Source: Pyrinomonadaceae bacterium (lineage in GTDB: Bacteria; Acidobacteriota; Blastocatellia; Pyrinomonadales; Pyrinomonadaceae). From it: a stretch of DNA of 64,000 nt. Of this stretch, positions 63,681 through 64,000 are shown piece by piece. Below the pieces are notes generated by a model. That model saw nothing but the letters and a program-made list of their open reading frames with translations. It was not told the origin of the DNA and ran no database searches. The translations under genes were made by a program, and so were the position numbers. Numbering within the stretch: the first letter of the stretch is position 1; each line of letters opens with the position of its first letter. The stretch spans positions 1,890 to 65,889 of the forward strand of contig DATNOG010000113.1 in assembly GCA_035601415.1 (NCBI GenBank), read 5' to 3'.

Positions 63681-63766
63681 CATTGCCGATTGGCGATTGC
63701 CGATTTCCGATTGAGACTTACTAGTTCCTCTTTTCAATCGGCAATCGGAAATTGGCAATCGGAAAT
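63681..63766. repeat. heptad inverted-repeat element (CGATTGC/CGATTTC family) filling the livH|livM gap
   Basis: Left arm cattgccgattggcgattgccgatttccgattgag. Right arm tcaatcggcaatcggaaattggcaatcggaaat. Confidence 0.85.
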
Positions 63767-63772
63767 TTACAG

Positions 63773-64000
63773 ATGCCCGTTTTTGTCAAACGCCTGCTCG
63801 CCGCACTCGTCATCGTGTTGCTGCTGATCGCCATGAATGCGTACATGAGCGAGGCAGGACTTTTTGGTTTTGGCGTGCCACCTTACTACGCTCGCGTCAT
63901 CATGCTGGCGGGCATCAATATCGTTCTCGCCGTCTCACTAAACCTTATCACCGGTTTCACCGGACAGTTTTCTATCGGCCACGCAGGTTTCATGGCCGTG
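63773..64000 (+). CDS. livM: branched-chain amino-acid ABC transporter permease, 5' part (continues past the window end)
   Basis: Own translation from ATG 63773: MPVFVKRLLAALVIVLLLIAMN..NLITGFTGQFSIGHAGFMAV. Confidence 0.8.
   Translation, partial: MPVFVKRLLAALVIVLLLIAMNAYMSEAGLFGFGVPPYYARVIMLAGINIVLAVSLNLITGFTGQFSIGHAGFMAV

Overview
Gene-dense 64-kb chromosomal window. I found no rRNA, tRNA, CRISPR array, transposase or integrase. Gene content and repeat families look Acidobacteriota-like, but this is inference only. Layout: (1) the 5' half of valS (1-1616, minus). (2) A minus-strand block at 2-6.1 kb with two receiver proteins, a GspG-like secreted protein, pdxA and an Hfq/Sm-like gene. (3) A complete minus-strand dcw division/cell-wall cluster at 6.4-23.7 kb: mraZ rsmH ftsL ftsI murF mraY murD ftsW murG murC murB ftsQ ftsA ftsZ. 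It lacks murE and has a readable promoter plus a triple MraZ box. (4) A low-GC two-gene module of a ribbon-helix-helix protein and a small 2-TM protein at 24.2-24.8 kb. (5) ZIP transporter, TPM protein, NTase-like protein and LemA at 24.9-28.1 kb. (6) A lower-GC islet of secreted proteins at 28.4-31.8 kb, including an apparently frameshifted PKD/DUF4214 protein. (7) A compact bacterial-microcompartment locus at 32.0-35.8 kb: rex, class II aldolase, BMC-H, three BMC-P genes and a Cys-motif protein. (8) ruvAB, yihY, queA, a rimI-like gene, mglBA, a TPR protein, yvcK-glmU-glmS, ada, a four-helix-bundle (23S-IVS/Avd family) gene, uvrD/pcrA, a serine protease, a cytochrome c, a DNA glycosylase, a PHP hydrolase, a Dabb protein, a PLP decarboxylase and the start of a liv-type ABC transporter. 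The most unusual property is the density of structured intergenic repeats. There are at least 13 elements built from tandem heptanucleotides arranged as inverted arms, and one of them encloses the four-helix-bundle gene. There are also REPIN-like doublets of a GGACAGRCAGGAATGYCTGTCC hairpin, two ~120-bp MITE-like elements, and a 65-bp palindromic element in two inverted copies. All coordinates were derived by hand from the printed sequence. Several ORF-track starts were trimmed where the extension reads through repeats or upstream genes.
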